Positions 10,872 to 21,879 of a stretch of DNA of 64,000 nucleotides are shown here, one piece after another. The stretch's first letter is position 1. The number at the start of each line of letters is the position of its first letter. The notes under the pieces are model-generated. The model worked only from the letters and a program-made list of their open reading frames with translations. It made no database searches and was not told where the DNA came from. Source of the DNA: Verrucomicrobiota bacterium (GTDB taxonomy: Bacteria; Verrucomicrobiota; Verrucomicrobiia; Limisphaerales; JADLHS01). The DNA lies in contig JBDHQI010000019.1 in assembly GCA_039806955.1 (NCBI GenBank), forward strand, positions 3,707-67,706. The letters are read 5' to 3'. The translations under genes were made by a program, and so were the position numbers.

Positions 10872-11288
10872 TCAATCCATCTTGATTTTACCCAACTCCA
10901 GGAGCCGCCGGGCTTGAGTTACATCCACGGGTGATACCGATAATCGGGATTGTTTGATCAGCGGCAGGCTCTTGAGCTGGCGATCGGATTTGAGCGTGGC
11001 CAGAGAAACCGGTTGGACCAAGGCGCGAACCGGCGCGAGATCCACGCAAGACCAGTCCCCCGCTTCGGCAGTCGGGTCCGCGTAAAATTCCTTCACAACC
11101 CTGGCGACACCGACCACCTCGCGCCCATCCACGCTATGGTAAAAGAAAACGCGATCGCCACGCTTCATGGCGCGCAGGTGATTGCGGGCCTGATAATTAC
11201 GCACTCCCGTCCACGCGGTTTGACCCTCACGGACGAATTGCGCCCACGCGTAAGCTTCGGGTTCGGATTTGACGAGCCAGTACTGCAT
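10872..11288 (-). CDS. EVE domain protein
   Basis: YWLVKSEP, WTGVRNYQARN, FFYHS, RLSV signature motifs. Confidence 0.93.
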   Translation of the reverse strand: MQYWLVKSEPEAYAWAQFVREGQTAWTGVRNYQARNHLRAMKRGDRVFFYHSVDGREVVGVARVVKEFYADPTAEAGDWSCVDLAPVRALVQPVSLATLKSDRQLKSLPLIKQSRLSVSPVDVTQARRLLELGKIKMD

Positions 11289-11331
11289 GGAAGGAATTTA
11301 CGTTGGCCGGTTTTCACCGTAAAGTTGGATC

Positions 11332-12039
11332 GTGAGTTTGAGTGAAAATCTGACTTTGATCCAATCCCGCATTCAGGAAGCCTGCCGTCGGTCCGGACGC
11401 GCCACGGACTCCGTCCAGTTGCTGGCGGTCTCCAAAACCCATCCAGCCGAAACGATCCGGGAAGCGGTGGCGGCGGGCTTGGTCTGTTTTGGCGAGAACA
11501 AAGTCCAGGAAGCGAAAGCGAAAATCCCGAATGCTCCACGTCAGGCGCACTGGCATTTGATCGGTCATTTGCAATCGAACAAATGCCGCGACGCCGTGGA
11601 GCTGTTTGAAATGATTCAAAGCGTGGATCGCCTGTCGCTCGCCCAGGAAATCAACAAACGCGCCGAACAACTGGGCAAGACGATGCCCATTCTGCTTGAA
11701 GTGAACGTCGCGGGTGAGAGCAGCAAGTTCGGATATCAACCCGGGCAGTTGTTGGCCGACCTGAAAGCCATCAACGCCCTGCCCCGCCTTGAGCTGCACG
11801 GTTTGATGGCCATTCCGCCCTTCACTCCCGTCGCCGAAAAATCGCGGCCCCACTTTCGCAAATTGCGCGAACTCAAACAACGGGTTGAAGCGGAACTGGG
11901 CGCGCCGCTGCCGCACTTGAGCATGGGCATGAGCGGCGATTTTGAAGTCGCCATCGAGGAGGGCGCCACCATCGTGCGCATCGGCACGGCGTTATTTGGC
12001 GAACGCCGGGCGCGGCGGCTCGCTCCCGCTGGCACTTGA
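11332..12039 (+). CDS. yggS: PLP homeostasis protein YggS
   Basis: LAVSKT, FGENKVQE, WHLIGHLQSNK, LSMGMSGDF, VRIGTALFG. Confidence 0.96.
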   Translation: MSLSENLTLIQSRIQEACRRSGRATDSVQLLAVSKTHPAETIREAVAAGLVCFGENKVQEAKAKIPNAPRQAHWHLIGHLQSNKCRDAVELFEMIQSVDRLSLAQEINKRAEQLGKTMPILLEVNVAGESSKFGYQPGQLLADLKAINALPRLELHGLMAIPPFTPVAEKSRPHFRKLRELKQRVEAELGAPLPHLSMGMSGDFEVAIEEGATIVRIGTALFGERRARRLAPAGT

Positions 12040-12091
12040 TCCCAGCAGATTTTTACTTCACCAAACCCCGTTTCACGCTACGCTAATCCCA

Positions 12092-12421
12092 GTGACGATC
12101 GAGACATTCAAAAAAGAAATCAGCGCCGCCGTGAAGGCGTACGCCAAGTTCATTGTCTGTTTGGAAAAAACGCCGGAAGATTTTGAGGCCGCCATGAAAT
12201 CGCTGATGGCCAAGGCGATTGCCGCCTATCAAAACCGTGCTCCCGGAATGCGCCACGGCCTCGCCCTGGACAAACAGGTCACGATCATTTTGAGCCAGAG
12301 CGATACGACGCGCCCGCTCTGCGGCATCTATTTCAACCTGCACTCGCCCTACCAGCGGAACGCGCTGCCGAGCACCGTGAAGGCCATGGAACAAAAAGCT
12401 TCGAAGGAAGAACAAGCCTAG
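12092..12421 (+). CDS. Hypothetical protein
   Basis: GTG start, coding-like codon usage, fills gap after yggS. Confidence 0.6.
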   Translation: MTIETFKKEISAAVKAYAKFIVCLEKTPEDFEAAMKSLMAKAIAAYQNRAPGMRHGLALDKQVTIILSQSDTTRPLCGIYFNLHSPYQRNALPSTVKAMEQKASKEEQA

Positions 12422-12444
12422 CTCACGGCAAAATTCCGCCGCCG

Positions 12445-12870
12445 TTATTGATCGCGCACTTCATCCCCTTTGGCCGCCTCACCAGAGGTCAAATCAGCCA
12501 CGGTATTATGATCGCGCTCCGGACCGGTTACGCGCACTTCACCCACTTTGAGGCCTTGCCGATAAACAAAGAGGGTTTGTTCTTGTGCCGGCATCCGGCC
12601 CGGCGGAAAATCAAGCACCACAAAACGTCCGGCCTGGTTGAAAGTCACCACGCTACCCAGCAACCGGAATTCTGGAGTCACCAGCAACTTGGGCTTTTCC
12701 GCTGCTGGCTGCGAACCGCCCGCCGCAGTCTCGGTGGCGGTCGTGGCGGCTTTGCTTGCCTCCGTTCCGGATAACGCCGCTGGATCTGAAAACTTTACGG
12801 CCGGTTGCCGGGTGGCACAGCCTGTGACAATCCCACCAACCACCAGCAACGCGAGGTAACCGAATTTCAT
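12445..12870 (-). CDS. Putative lipoprotein, unknown function
   Basis: Signal peptide with lipobox IVTGC, low-complexity linker, then a beta-rich domain. Confidence 0.7.
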   Translation of the reverse strand: MKFGYLALLVVGGIVTGCATRQPAVKFSDPAALSGTEASKAATTATETAAGGSQPAAEKPKLLVTPEFRLLGSVVTFNQAGRFVVLDFPPGRMPAQEQTLFVYRQGLKVGEVRVTGPERDHNTVADLTSGEAAKGDEVRDQ

Positions 12871-12982
12871 GGCGACAGTAAAGCGAGAGCGCTCTTGCGG
12901 GTCAATTCACGTTTCACGGAAAAGCGCGCGGCGGCAGTTGTTCGCCGCGCGCTTGCCCCGCGGGAGCCAGCGCGTTGCGGGT

Positions 12983-13873
12983 TTAGTCTTGCGGGTTCGC
13001 GTCCGGACGGCGGCCCCCGCCGAATCGAAATTTGCCCTGCCCCAGCACTACCCCTGCTCCAATCAATCCGAGCGCGCCGAGAAAGGTCGGGGTAATCGGT
13101 TCCTCCAAACAAAAATAGGCCCAGAGCATGGTCGCCACGGGAATCAGGTTGTTGAACAACAAAACGCGACCGGTTGGCCAGTGGGTCAAAGCTCGATTCC
13201 ACAACGCGTAAGCCAGCGCGCCGCCGGCCAGGATGCAAAAACTCTGCACCCCGAGCAGCGACGCGGTTACGGGCAGACGCCGGAACATCACTTCTCCCAG
13301 CGCGATCGGCAGCAACAACAGTCCCGCCCGCCACATCGTGTGAGCGGAGATTTCGATGCTGTGCAGACCCGCGGAAAATTTGCGGCTTTGCCAGCTGTAA
13401 TTGGTCCAAAGCAAACTGGCAATGATGCCGAGCAGTTCCCCCGGCAGACTGACGTGGAGGCGGCTGCCGACCAGTGCCGGCCAGAGCAACACCACCACGC
13501 CGCTGACCGCGAGCAAGGCGGCCATCCAGCGCAGCCAGTTGATGCGGGCGCCTTCGGCATAAGCTTCCCATAACAACGCCCAAACGGGAGCCGTACCGAG
13601 ATACAACGCCACGTGCGACGCCGAAGTAAACCGCAGGGCATAATTGAATGCCACCGTGTAGAGCGCGAGGCTCAATCCACCCCGACACCACAGGGAGCGA
13701 TTAACCTCGCGGGACCGGGGCGTCAAGGCCCCCAGCCACGGCGTCCAACGCCTGACCAGCAGGAGCAGAAGTCCCGCAAAGAAAAATCGGGTGCTTCCGG
13801 TAAAGATTGGCGGCCAGAATCCCACCAACCATTTCGTCCCGACGTTGGTGCCGCCCCACAGCGTGATGGCCAA
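12983..13873 (-). CDS. DMT/EamA family transporter
   Basis: About 10 TM helices in two EamA-like repeats (LWGGT...RF; LAYALWNRAL...P); start may lie slightly upstream. Confidence 0.88.
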   Translation of the reverse strand: MAITLWGGTNVGTKWLVGFWPPIFTGSTRFFFAGLLLLLVRRWTPWLGALTPRSREVNRSLWCRGGLSLALYTVAFNYALRFTSASHVALYLGTAPVWALLWEAYAEGARINWLRWMAALLAVSGVVVLLWPALVGSRLHVSLPGELLGIIASLLWTNYSWQSRKFSAGLHSIEISAHTMWRAGLLLLPIALGEVMFRRLPVTASLLGVQSFCILAGGALAYALWNRALTHWPTGRVLLFNNLIPVATMLWAYFCLEEPITPTFLGALGLIGAGVVLGQGKFRFGGGRRPDANPQD

Positions 13874-14072
13874 CGCCAGCCCCGGCGCAAGATTTGAATG
13901 GCAGCGATTCCTCAGTGCGAATGAGCTTAACCGAACGGGGTTGGAAATTTCCAGTACGCGTTTCCAACTTTAACGGCGGAAAGGGCTGCCCCGCACTTTG
14001 AAATCGCGCGCAATCAGGCTTCCGGATAACTTTGGTTTTGCGCGCAAGACCCCGGTTTGATTTCCTGTCGTC

Positions 14073-15713
14073 ATGGCAACCAACGCGCTTGCGGGTCAAC
14101 CGGCTCCCGCCAACTTACTCATGGACGTCGCCCGACTGGAACGCGATTACCATGAGCGGAAACCTGATGTAACGAACCCCAATCAGCTTGTGAGCTTCGG
14201 CACAAGCGGACATCGAGGCTCACCGTTTCATGGTACGTTCACGGAAACGCACATCCTTGCGATCACTCAAGCCATTTGCGAATACCGGAAGCGCCACGAC
14301 ATCAGCGGTCCACTCTACCTGGGCAAAGATACGCACGCGGCCTCGGCCTGGGCTGAACGCACGGCATTGGAAGTGTTGGCGGCCAATGATGTGGACGTTT
14401 TTGTTCAACAGAATGACGGGTTTACTCCCACCCCATCCATCTCCCACGCCATTTTGACCTATAACCGGGAACGCGCGAACAGTCTGGCGGACGGCCTTGT
14501 GATCACTCCCTCGCACAACCCGCCGGAAGATGGCGGGTTCAAATACAATCCTCCTAACGGCGGCCCGGCGGATACAGACATCACGACTTGGGTGCAGAAC
14601 CGGGCCAATGAAATCCTGCGCGGCAACAACCGGGAAGTGCGGCGACTGACGGCGGCAGCGGTCCGTCGCGCGGAGAATGTGCATCAGTTTGATTTCATCA
14701 CTCCGTACGTCAGCACATTGGCGGAAGTCATTGACCTGGCGGCGATCCACCGCGCGGGGGTGCGCATTGGAATAGATCCACTTGGCGGCGCAGCGCTGGC
14801 CTACTGGCAACCCGTAATCGAGGCGTATGGATTAAACATCACGGTGGTGAACACCAAGGTAGATCCGCAATTCGGCTTCATGACCGTGGATCACGACGGC
14901 AAAATCCGCATGGACTGCTCCAGCCCCGACGCCATGGCCGGGCTGGTGAAATTAAAAGACAAATTCGATGTGGCGTTCGGCAACGACCCCGATTCCGACC
15001 GGCACGGCATCGTCACTCCAACCAGTGGCTTGCTGAACCCCAATCATTATCTTGCAGTCGCGATAGATTACCTGCTGACGCATCGTCCGCACTGGAAGAA
15101 GACGTCGGCCATCGGCAAGACGCTGGTCAGCAGTGGCATTATAGATCGCGTGGTTGCAGCGCGAGAGCGACGGCTCATGGAAGTGCCCGTTGGTTTCAAG
15201 TGGTTTGCCCCCGGACTGGCGGACGGGTCGGTATGCTTTGGCGGTGAAGAAAGCGCCGGCGCAAGTTTCCTGCGCCACGATGGTCGCGTCTGGAGCACAG
15301 ATAAAGATGGGTTGATCCTCGGCCTGCTGGCGGCTGAGATCTGCGCAACGACCGGCAAAGACCCGGGCGAACACTACAATGACCTGACCCGCAAATTTGG
15401 CGCGCCAAGTTACCGACGCATTGACGTGCCGACGACGCCGGAGCAAAAACGCGCGTTCAAAAAACTGACGCCAGACGCGGTGACCACCAGCACACTGGCT
15501 GGAGAAGCCATCACTCAAAAACTGACCCGCGCCCCCGGCAACCAGGCGGAAATCGGCGGTTTAAAAGTTTGCGCTGAAAATGGATGGTTCGCGGCGCGGC
15601 CCTCGGGCACGGAAAACATTTACAAAATATACGCGGAAAGTTTCAAGGGCGGCGCGCATCTCGAAAGCATTATTGCCGAGGCGCAACAGATACTTGATCT
15701 CGCCCTGCGTTGA
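14073..15713 (+). CDS. pgm: Phosphoglucomutase
   Basis: [33 protein letters not shown]. Confidence 0.96.
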   Translation: MATNALAGQPAPANLLMDVARLERDYHERKPDVTNPNQLVSFGTSGHRGSPFHGTFTETHILAITQAICEYRKRHDISGPLYLGKDTHAASAWAERTALEVLAANDVDVFVQQNDGFTPTPSISHAILTYNRERANSLADGLVITPSHNPPEDGGFKYNPPNGGPADTDITTWVQNRANEILRGNNREVRRLTAAAVRRAENVHQFDFITPYVSTLAEVIDLAAIHRAGVRIGIDPLGGAALAYWQPVIEAYGLNITVVNTKVDPQFGFMTVDHDGKIRMDCSSPDAMAGLVKLKDKFDVAFGNDPDSDRHGIVTPTSGLLNPNHYLAVAIDYLLTHRPHWKKTSAIGKTLVSSGIIDRVVAARERRLMEVPVGFKWFAPGLADGSVCFGGEESAGASFLRHDGRVWSTDKDGLILGLLAAEICATTGKDPGEHYNDLTRKFGAPSYRRIDVPTTPEQKRAFKKLTPDAVTTSTLAGEAITQKLTRAPGNQAEIGGLKVCAENGWFAARPSGTENIYKIYAESFKGGAHLESIIAEAQQILDLALR

Positions 15714-15788
15714 TCTCCATCAAGCGCAGCCGATCAATTTGGTATTCGAGCCAGCTTACCCAAGTATCGGAACGTTTCGCGTATTCCA

Positions 15789-15851
15789 GTAGCCGCTGAC
15801 GTCAGGCGTCGGACCTCCGCGCGGCGGGGCCTTGAACTGCGACAGCGCTAC
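15789..15851. repeat. Degenerate GTAG...CTAC REP-like element between convergent genes
   Basis: gtagccgctgacgtcaggcg ... gacagcgctac. Confidence 0.4.
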
Positions 15852-15855
15852 GCCG

Positions 15856-17301
15856 TCAAGCGTTCCAGCCGGCGCGATTTTTTCGGGTTACCCACGCGTT
15901 CAACTCAGGGATGTTGGTGACTTTCATTCCCGGACCGTCCCACATCACCTTGTTGCCCGCACCCGCGTGCATCGCGAGATTGGCCAACAAAACAAATTCC
16001 GTTAGTTGAGTCCCGTAATCGAAGTTGGACGCGGTTTCAGTCTTGCCGGCCCTGATGGCATCCAGGAAATCCACGAACACTCCTTTCGGACGCGGCAGCA
16101 TCTGGGGCGGTTCCGGGGTTTCCTTCATTTTCGCATAGGGCACAAGGTGCATGCGATTGCCGTAGGTGCCGGTGTAAATAATGCCTTTCTCTCCAATGTA
16201 AATGCTGCCGCTGTCGCCACTATCAAGCTCCTCATCAGGATACTTTTTAATCAACTCCAACAGGTGTTGGGGCAGATAGCGATTCGCCCCTTTGGCGGTG
16301 CGCAATACCCCGTCGGCCGCGCCCTGAGTGGAAGGGTTCAGTCCCTCATACCAATACGCCTTGAGCGCGGGCATCTCGCCGCGCGCCGGGATGTCCCAAC
16401 GCACTCGCGAACCGGTGGGGTAGCGCTCGTCACTACCGCCGCGCAGTTGTTCGACTTCAATACTGGTGGGATGCTGCACCTTCAACGCCCAATAGACGCC
16501 GTCCAAAACGTGACAGCCCATGTTGCCAATCGAACCATTGCCGAAGTCATACCACCCGTGCCATTCGTGCGGATGTAGATCACCGTGAAAATCACGATAG
16601 GGTGCCGGCCCGATCCAGGCGTCCCAATTCATTCCTTCAGGAGCGGGTTCTGTGGGTGGACGCGGGCCGACGCCGCCATTGGAGCGATCGGTCCAACTGT
16701 GCGTTTCCGTAACTTTACCAATCACTCCGCTCCAGATGTACTCGCATAATTTACGGTAGCCATCCTCGCAATGGCCTTGTGTGCCCATCTGCGTCGCGAC
16801 TTTCGTTCGCGCCGCCATGGCGCGCATCGCCCGCGCTTCGCCAATGTCGTGGCAGACCGGTTTCTCGCAATACACGTGCTTGCCCAGTTGCATGGCGATC
16901 AGGGACGGCAGGGCGTGATGATGATTCGGACTGGCGATAAACACGGCGTCAAAATCCTTGCCGAGCGCATCAAACATCCGGCGGTAATCCGTGAAGGTTT
17001 TGATTTTCTCCGGATCGTGATTTTTCTCCTGCAACAACTTTTTGGCCACCGCATGGCGTTTTTCATCCACGTCCACCAGGGCCACGATGTGCTCCTTCAA
17101 CACCGCGTTGAGATGTGACATACCACGCGAACCGCAGCCGATTTGCACGCAGCGGATCTGGTCGCCGGCATTGGCTGCCGTGAGAATGTTGAACGGCGCG
17201 ACCGACAAGACTCCGGCGGTGGCCGCCGAGCGCTTAAGAAATGAACGGCGCGTTAGTGACTGACCGATGGTCTCCGTAGTGGTGGGCTTGATAGGCATCA
17301 T
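15856..17301 (-). CDS. Gfo/Idh/MocA family oxidoreductase, Tat-exported
   Basis: TRRSFLK Tat motif, IGCGSRG, HVYCEKP, GNMGCH. Confidence 0.92.
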   Translation of the reverse strand: MMPIKPTTTETIGQSLTRRSFLKRSAATAGVLSVAPFNILTAANAGDQIRCVQIGCGSRGMSHLNAVLKEHIVALVDVDEKRHAVAKKLLQEKNHDPEKIKTFTDYRRMFDALGKDFDAVFIASPNHHHALPSLIAMQLGKHVYCEKPVCHDIGEARAMRAMAARTKVATQMGTQGHCEDGYRKLCEYIWSGVIGKVTETHSWTDRSNGGVGPRPPTEPAPEGMNWDAWIGPAPYRDFHGDLHPHEWHGWYDFGNGSIGNMGCHVLDGVYWALKVQHPTSIEVEQLRGGSDERYPTGSRVRWDIPARGEMPALKAYWYEGLNPSTQGAADGVLRTAKGANRYLPQHLLELIKKYPDEELDSGDSGSIYIGEKGIIYTGTYGNRMHLVPYAKMKETPEPPQMLPRPKGVFVDFLDAIRAGKTETASNFDYGTQLTEFVLLANLAMHAGAGNKVMWDGPGMKVTNIPELNAWVTRKNRAGWNA

Positions 17302-17477
17302 GTTTTAATTGTTTCAATGAATGGCTCTGACGGCTTTCGTCAGCACGCTTATTCGATTAAATGTGTGCGACAACATATTGACAATCATCCGGGGAAGACA
17401 ATCAAACTTTTCAAAGAATTCGTTGAACCGATGGGTTCAAGGTTGAAGCGATCCACCCCAATTGGTATTTCCACCGG

Positions 17478-18983
17478 GTGAAACTCCGTTTTTCCAGGAT
17501 GCAACTCTTCCCAGCCTTGCTTGATGGAGTCGTCCTGCTGGCGCTGGCGTCTTCAAACGGCGTCTCGCAATCAACGTCATCACCACCACCGCCACGACGC
17601 GAATTTCGCGGCGCCTGGGTGGCCAGCGTTGGCAACATAGATTGGCCGTCCAGGCCCGGATTGCCGGTCGCCGAACAAAAGGCGGAGTTGCTCGCCCTGC
17701 TGAATCAGGCGGCGCAACTGAAAATGAACGCGATCCTCCTGCAAGTACGCCCAGCTTGTGACGCGTTGTATGCTTCAAAATTAGAGCCGTGGTCGGAATA
17801 TCTCACCGGCCAGATGGGCCGCCCGCCCGCACCCTTCTACGACCCGCTGGCGTTCGCGGTGACCGAGGCTCACCGACGCGGCCTGGAATTGCACGCCTGG
17901 TTTAATCCCTACCGCGCGCATCATTTCAATGCGTTCTCCCCCGTCGCGTCCACTCACATCAGCAAAACGCATCCTGAGTTGGTGCGCAAATATGGCCGCT
18001 ACCTCTGGCTGGACCCCGGCGAGCCAGCGGTGCGGGATTATTCGCTCAACGTCGTGCTGGACGTCGTCAAGCGCTACGACGTGGATGGCGTTCACTTCGA
18101 TGATTATTTCTATCCGTACGAGGAAAAGGATGCGCGCGGCAATAATTTACCCTTCCCGGACGAAGCAAGCTGGCAAAAGTATGGAGTCCGCAGCGGGTTG
18201 AGCCGTGATGATTGGCGACGCGAAAACGTCAATCAGTTCGTCAAGCGCGTCAACGAGTCCATCAAGGCGACCAAGCCGTGGGTAAAATTCGGAGTCAGCC
18301 CTTTCGGAATCTGGCGGCCCGGTCATCCGCCTTCCATCAAGGGTTTTGACGCCTACGCCCGCCTCTACGCCGACGCGCGCCAATGGTTGATGAACGGCTG
18401 GCTGGATTATTTTGCGCCACAACTCTACTGGAGCATCAACGCCCCGGAACAGAGTTTCCCCATCTTGCTGGATTGGTGGAATCAACAGAATCCCCGGCAA
18501 CGTCACATCTGGCCGGGTATGAACACCACCAAGACTGCGCGCGAATGGCCTGCGGAGGAAATTCTGGCGCAGATTGGCTTGGCGGCGAAACAACCGGTCA
18601 GTGCGGGGCACATTCATTGGAACATGAAAAGCCTCATGAAAAACAACGACCTGAAAGCCAAGCTGGCGCGGACAAGTTACGCTGAGCCAGCCCTGATTCC
18701 AGCCGTGCCTTGGTTGGGTGGCGCCGAGCCACAACCACCGACTCTGATTATCAACGAACGTCAGCCCGGCCGGGTGAGCTGGAGCCATGGGGGCGATTCC
18801 GCGCCAGCATTATGGGTGGTTCAAGCCCGACGCAACCAGCACTGGCGCACAGAGATTTTCCCCGGTGGAGTTCGCTCCGCCGACATCAAGGCGCCAGGAG
18901 TTGAGGCCATTGCCGTCACTGCGGTGAGTCGCACCGGCAAACTCAGCCGGCCCGCAGTTCGCAACCTCAACACCGCCAAATAA
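17478..18983 (+). CDS. GHL10/YddW-like glycoside hydrolase, secreted
   Basis: REFRGAWVASV.NIDWPS, HAWFNPYR, DGVHFDDYFYPY, PQLYW; start may be ATG 17499. Confidence 0.9.
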   Translation: MKLRFSRMQLFPALLDGVVLLALASSNGVSQSTSSPPPPRREFRGAWVASVGNIDWPSRPGLPVAEQKAELLALLNQAAQLKMNAILLQVRPACDALYASKLEPWSEYLTGQMGRPPAPFYDPLAFAVTEAHRRGLELHAWFNPYRAHHFNAFSPVASTHISKTHPELVRKYGRYLWLDPGEPAVRDYSLNVVLDVVKRYDVDGVHFDDYFYPYEEKDARGNNLPFPDEASWQKYGVRSGLSRDDWRRENVNQFVKRVNESIKATKPWVKFGVSPFGIWRPGHPPSIKGFDAYARLYADARQWLMNGWLDYFAPQLYWSINAPEQSFPILLDWWNQQNPRQRHIWPGMNTTKTAREWPAEEILAQIGLAAKQPVSAGHIHWNMKSLMKNNDLKAKLARTSYAEPALIPAVPWLGGAEPQPPTLIINERQPGRVSWSHGGDSAPALWVVQARRNQHWRTEIFPGGVRSADIKAPGVEAIAVTAVSRTGKLSRPAVRNLNTAK

Positions 18984-19045
18984 AAAAACTCCAATCCGAT
19001 GGCCGGACTGAAGCTTGAATAAAAGAACGGCAGAACAATTACGGC

Positions 19046-19336
19046 TTATTCCTTTGCCTTCTTGGCGTCAGCGGCGGCCTTGGACTTGGCCGGGGCGCTG
19101 ACGCTCTCCCATTTCTTGGAGTCCTCTTCGCTCATCTTCGCGCGTTCAGTCTTGTCCAGGCGGCGGTTTTTATTGGTATCGTATTTCTCGATCAACTGCT
19201 TCCGCAGCGCCTGCTGTTCTGTGGTTAACTTGGTACGCTTTGCGCGTTCGCTCTTCTTGGCAGTATTTTCATCGGCATGAACGGCAAACGTCAGCCCGAA
19301 CAATAACATGCTTACAATCAATAATGTTTTTTTCAT
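19046..19336 (-). CDS. Small secreted Lys-rich protein with an EF-hand-like loop
   Basis: MKKTLLIVSMLLFGLTFAVHA signal peptide; KYDTNKNRRLDKTER. Confidence 0.65.
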   Translation of the reverse strand: MKKTLLIVSMLLFGLTFAVHADENTAKKSERAKRTKLTTEQQALRKQLIEKYDTNKNRRLDKTERAKMSEEDSKKWESVSAPAKSKAAADAKKAKE

Positions 19337-19689
19337 GATCGTGGATTTTAGTTTGATGCAACTTACGTTATCTGCCGCAAACGGCCAGCAGTCAGTGAAT
19401 GGCACGAAGATTAAGCAATCTTCACAAAATTAGCAAGCTAATTAATACCATTTTGACGGGATGCGTTCGCCCGCCCTCCGGTAACAGTTACTTTTGGCTC
19501 ACTACGGGCGGACCAAGAGGCGACAGTTCCGAATCCCATCGGGATTTCTCCCATTTGGCTCATGACGCCGGGCGCAATAAGTTTTCCGCGCATGACTCAA
19601 AGGCCCTGAAAGTTTGGCGACGGGCAGCGACCGATATTGGAATCCGGCCTTCAATCATCGTCGCCGCGCCGGCGGTATCGCCATTGCCA

Positions 19690-21879
19690 TTAAAACTGAA
19701 CTGTCAACTCTCGCGGCCGGGAGTCGTTGGCGAAGCGAATCCACAACAAGCCTTCCCTGGCTGAATGGGAATAGTCCAAGGTCGCCCCGCCATTGAAGCG
19801 AACCATGCGGGGCGGCTTGACAGCGTGAAGGAGCAAAACCGCAGGAGTATTTTCCACCCCCTCCACAGCCAACGTCATGGCGGCGTCAGTCTGGCTTTGG
19901 AGCAATGCTTTGCATCCGGAGGCGATGAGGTGCGGGGCGGTGTCGCGCACGCCTTCCAGGTCGCGCAGGAAAAACCGGCTGCCGGGTTTCACTTCGAGGC
20001 TGGTTTGCACTTTCAACTCAGGATCAAACAAATTCACAAAGCGGCCGCGCAGTTGTTTTGGTTCAGCGGTGATGGATTCCTCCAAACCGGCGGCGATCAC
20101 GTACGGGCCGCGCCGGAGTTGCAGGTAATTGGTTTCACGCCACTTCAACCCGACGGACTTCGCCGCGCGCTGGGTCAATTGAATCACCGGTTCGTCACCG
20201 TTGGCGGATTTGGCGAGCTGCACCGGATTTTCCTTCAGCCAGAATACTTCGCCCTGTCCGTGCCACCAATTCAGTGGTTGCGCCGCCGTGGCCGTCGCGT
20301 TCGTGGCGTTGAAACCCAACTGCGCGAACAAGTGTTCTCTTGGGGTGGCGTAATGGTTGCCATCGGTATTCCACCAATCACGCACGGCGTGATACGGGTC
20401 GGAATCATCATCGCAAATGATCAATCGCCCCCCCTGCTTGACCCAATCGGCCAGCGCGGTGTGAACGTCGGCGGCGAGCGGTTTCATGCCGTGATAAGTG
20501 AGCCAGAGCACCCGGAAGTCTTTCAAGTAATGCGGCACGGTGACGTTTTCCAATTGCACCGGCGTGACCGGGATCCCGCGCTTCAACAGCGGCAGCGCGA
20601 GTCCGTAAATTTCGCTTAGCTGCGGATCGCCCGGCTGCGGATCGCCCCGTTGAAACATGAGCGAATCACTCACCATCACCCCCACCCCGGTTGTGCCGCA
20701 ATCCCACTCGACGCGCTCCTGTTGCATGTCGTTCAGCGCGTTGAACACGACCTGGAGTTCGGTGGCGTAGGCGGGCGGGATGGGTTGACGCTGGTCGTCC
20801 GGCACGCCGTGCGGGTAACGACCGTGAAACACACGCTCGGGCCACGGCGCCACTTCGTACTGCCAGACCTCCGGTTGCAACAGCGAGGCAACCAGCGTGG
20901 ATTCCCAGTTCCGCTGGTAATCGTTCCAATCATGATTGGGATTATCCTCAATCGGATCGTTCAAATACCACACCGTGCGACCCGTGGCGCGAACCAGATT
21001 TTGCATCGCCCCGTATTCGAGGAACGCGGTTTCAAAGGTGCGTTCGCGCAATTGACCCCGAAAGAGATTCGGCGTGCGCGCGGTGCCGGTCCAGACCTGC
21101 GCAATGTAACCGTCACAGCCATTCAACCGCGCGAGCGATGATTCCGGACTGACAATGCGCCAATGCGCATAGTTCAACAAACTGTGCGTCGGCACGTAAC
21201 AACGCACGTGGCGCCCGGTGCGGCGGTTAAAACCCTGCACGTAATCGAACACCTGCTGCAACGCGCGCCGGTAGAGAAAATACTTGAGTTTGGAAGCGCG
21301 CCATTGCGCGTCCACCGAATCGTGCGGCGGCTGCCAGGCTTCGTCGTAGTAAGCGCGCCATTCGCGCTGGAAACCTTCCGAATAGCCGCTGCGCCCCCAG
21401 AACTCCGGCTCCTCCAAATGAATGGCCTCCGCGCCGGCATCCAACGCGCGCTGCACGCCCACGCACAGAAATTTGCCGAAGTTCGTGCCGGGCGACATGT
21501 AATACACATCGCCGCCGTGGCTGATCTTTTTGCCGTTGCGCTCGGTTTGCGCTTCGTCCTCGTGATTGATGCCGTCGAAACGTCCGTAGAGATAATCCTG
21601 ATAATTGCCCCACGAGACGCCGGTCATCACGTGCAGGCGGTAGCCGCGATCCCGCCAGGTTTGCAGGCGAGCCGGCAACTGCGGATCAATGCCATAAACA
21701 ATCGCCACATCCGCACGCAAATTGCCAAATCCACTCCACGCTTCGGCCGTCTGAAAACAGGTGCGTTCCCGATCTTGATTGGGGTCCAAGGGAAATGCGG
21801 ATGGATTGGTCGCGCTCCGGCCCACAGCCGGCCCCAGCGCCACCAGCGAAAAAGACAGTAGGAGTTTGAAGGTCCGCAT
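19690..21879 (-). CDS. Secreted hypothetical protein, probable glycoside hydrolase-like fold
   Basis: Signal peptide; aromatic/acidic barrel-like N-terminal part (HLEEPEFW); GH42 trimerisation-like segment (DWVKQGGRLI). Confidence 0.65.
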   Translation of the reverse strand: MRTFKLLLSFSLVALGPAVGRSATNPSAFPLDPNQDRERTCFQTAEAWSGFGNLRADVAIVYGIDPQLPARLQTWRDRGYRLHVMTGVSWGNYQDYLYGRFDGINHEDEAQTERNGKKISHGGDVYYMSPGTNFGKFLCVGVQRALDAGAEAIHLEEPEFWGRSGYSEGFQREWRAYYDEAWQPPHDSVDAQWRASKLKYFLYRRALQQVFDYVQGFNRRTGRHVRCYVPTHSLLNYAHWRIVSPESSLARLNGCDGYIAQVWTGTARTPNLFRGQLRERTFETAFLEYGAMQNLVRATGRTVWYLNDPIEDNPNHDWNDYQRNWESTLVASLLQPEVWQYEVAPWPERVFHGRYPHGVPDDQRQPIPPAYATELQVVFNALNDMQQERVEWDCGTTGVGVMVSDSLMFQRGDPQPGDPQLSEIYGLALPLLKRGIPVTPVQLENVTVPHYLKDFRVLWLTYHGMKPLAADVHTALADWVKQGGRLIICDDDSDPYHAVRDWWNTDGNHYATPREHLFAQLGFNATNATATAAQPLNWWHGQGEVFWLKENPVQLAKSANGDEPVIQLTQRAAKSVGLKWRETNYLQLRRGPYVIAAGLEESITAEPKQLRGRFVNLFDPELKVQTSLEVKPGSRFFLRDLEGVRDTAPHLIASGCKALLQSQTDAAMTLAVEGVENTPAVLLLHAVKPPRMVRFNGGATLDYSHSAREGLLWIRFANDSRPRELTVQF

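Noticed and set aside
19399-19689. ORF 19399-19764 and short palindrome gtaacagttac
   Set aside because: The ORF lacks coding features and overlaps a real gene; the palindrome is too short to support a call
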